From Dipteris shenzhenensis (lineage: Eukaryota): a stretch of DNA of 64,000 bases. The notes below the pieces were generated by a model. That model worked only from the letters and a program-made list of their open reading frames with translations, ran no database searches and was not told the DNA's origin. The stretch is from the NCBI GenBank assembly GCA_047967505.1, contig CM106538.1, one strand, 5' to 3'. Of this stretch, positions 63,497-64,000 are shown in pieces (position 1 is the stretch's first letter; each line of letters begins with the position of its first letter). A program made the position numbers and the translations under genes.

Positions 63497-63699
63497 AGGC
63501 CCTCTTGCAAAGAGCCTCATACGCAAGCTGATGCTCATGCAAAGGGTCTATGCTTTAAGCACAGCAAGCCTAGTCAACTGTTGAAGTTTGCCCTTTAAAC
63601 CGTGTTAAGGATAAAGCAACACTCCACACCACTTGGTTAACCCCATCAAGAGTTGTAATGAAACCAAGATACTCAAAATTAACCATGCACAGCATAGTT

Positions 63700-64000
63700 T
63701 TCTTCTTATTTAGATAGAGACTAGCTTTTGCAAGGGAGAGCACCCACCACATGGGTGGAGTTTAAGCAGGTCTTTTCAGCTGCGTGGTTGACCACCACAT
63801 TTGAGGTTGACATCATGACGGCTTGGCAAAAGTTGGATGTATAGAATTGCCGTAATTTGGAGAATACAACAAGAAGTTTTGGGAAGCTCTATTACCAGTT
63901 AGTTCCTATCAGCATGTTCCGTTGCCTAACAGGTGGACTGTGGATTGCCAAAGGAAATTTGAGACTTTTGCACAAAGTCCAAGGTTTCTAACTATCGCAG
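63700..64000 (+). mobile_element. Decayed gypsy gag fragment running off the window
   Basis: TWVEFKQVF, YNKKFWEALL, resembling G gag. Confidence 0.65.

Overview
Eukaryotic (land-plant) nuclear DNA, not prokaryotic; giant TE-filled introns and the element families suggest a fern or other seed-free vascular plant (inference). One host gene is present on the minus strand: nine GT-AG exons (35270 down to 3404) splice in frame into the S1-domain region of plastid PEP-associated protein PTAC10/PAP3. Both gene ends appear to lie outside the window, and one intron is 24.7 kb. Most of the rest is two nests of LTR retrotransposons. Nest 1 (5351-28145): gypsy A contains a same-family copy B inserted in the (CA)n tract of A's own LTR, and B contains chromovirus C. 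Nest 2 (36661-61163): copia D contains copia E, which contains copia F, and a young intact chromovirus G sits in D's 3' LTR. There is also a 1.6-kb mini-chromovirus H and decayed L1/RTE LINE and gypsy/copia fragments. The most unusual system is the A/B gypsy family. It has a catalytically degenerate native RNase H, an extra cellular/archaeal-type RNase H placed upstream of gag, a bipartite PBS matching tRNA-His, apparent TG...TA termini, and insertion into (CA)n microsatellites including the one in its own LTR. All calls are by eye; no database searches were run.
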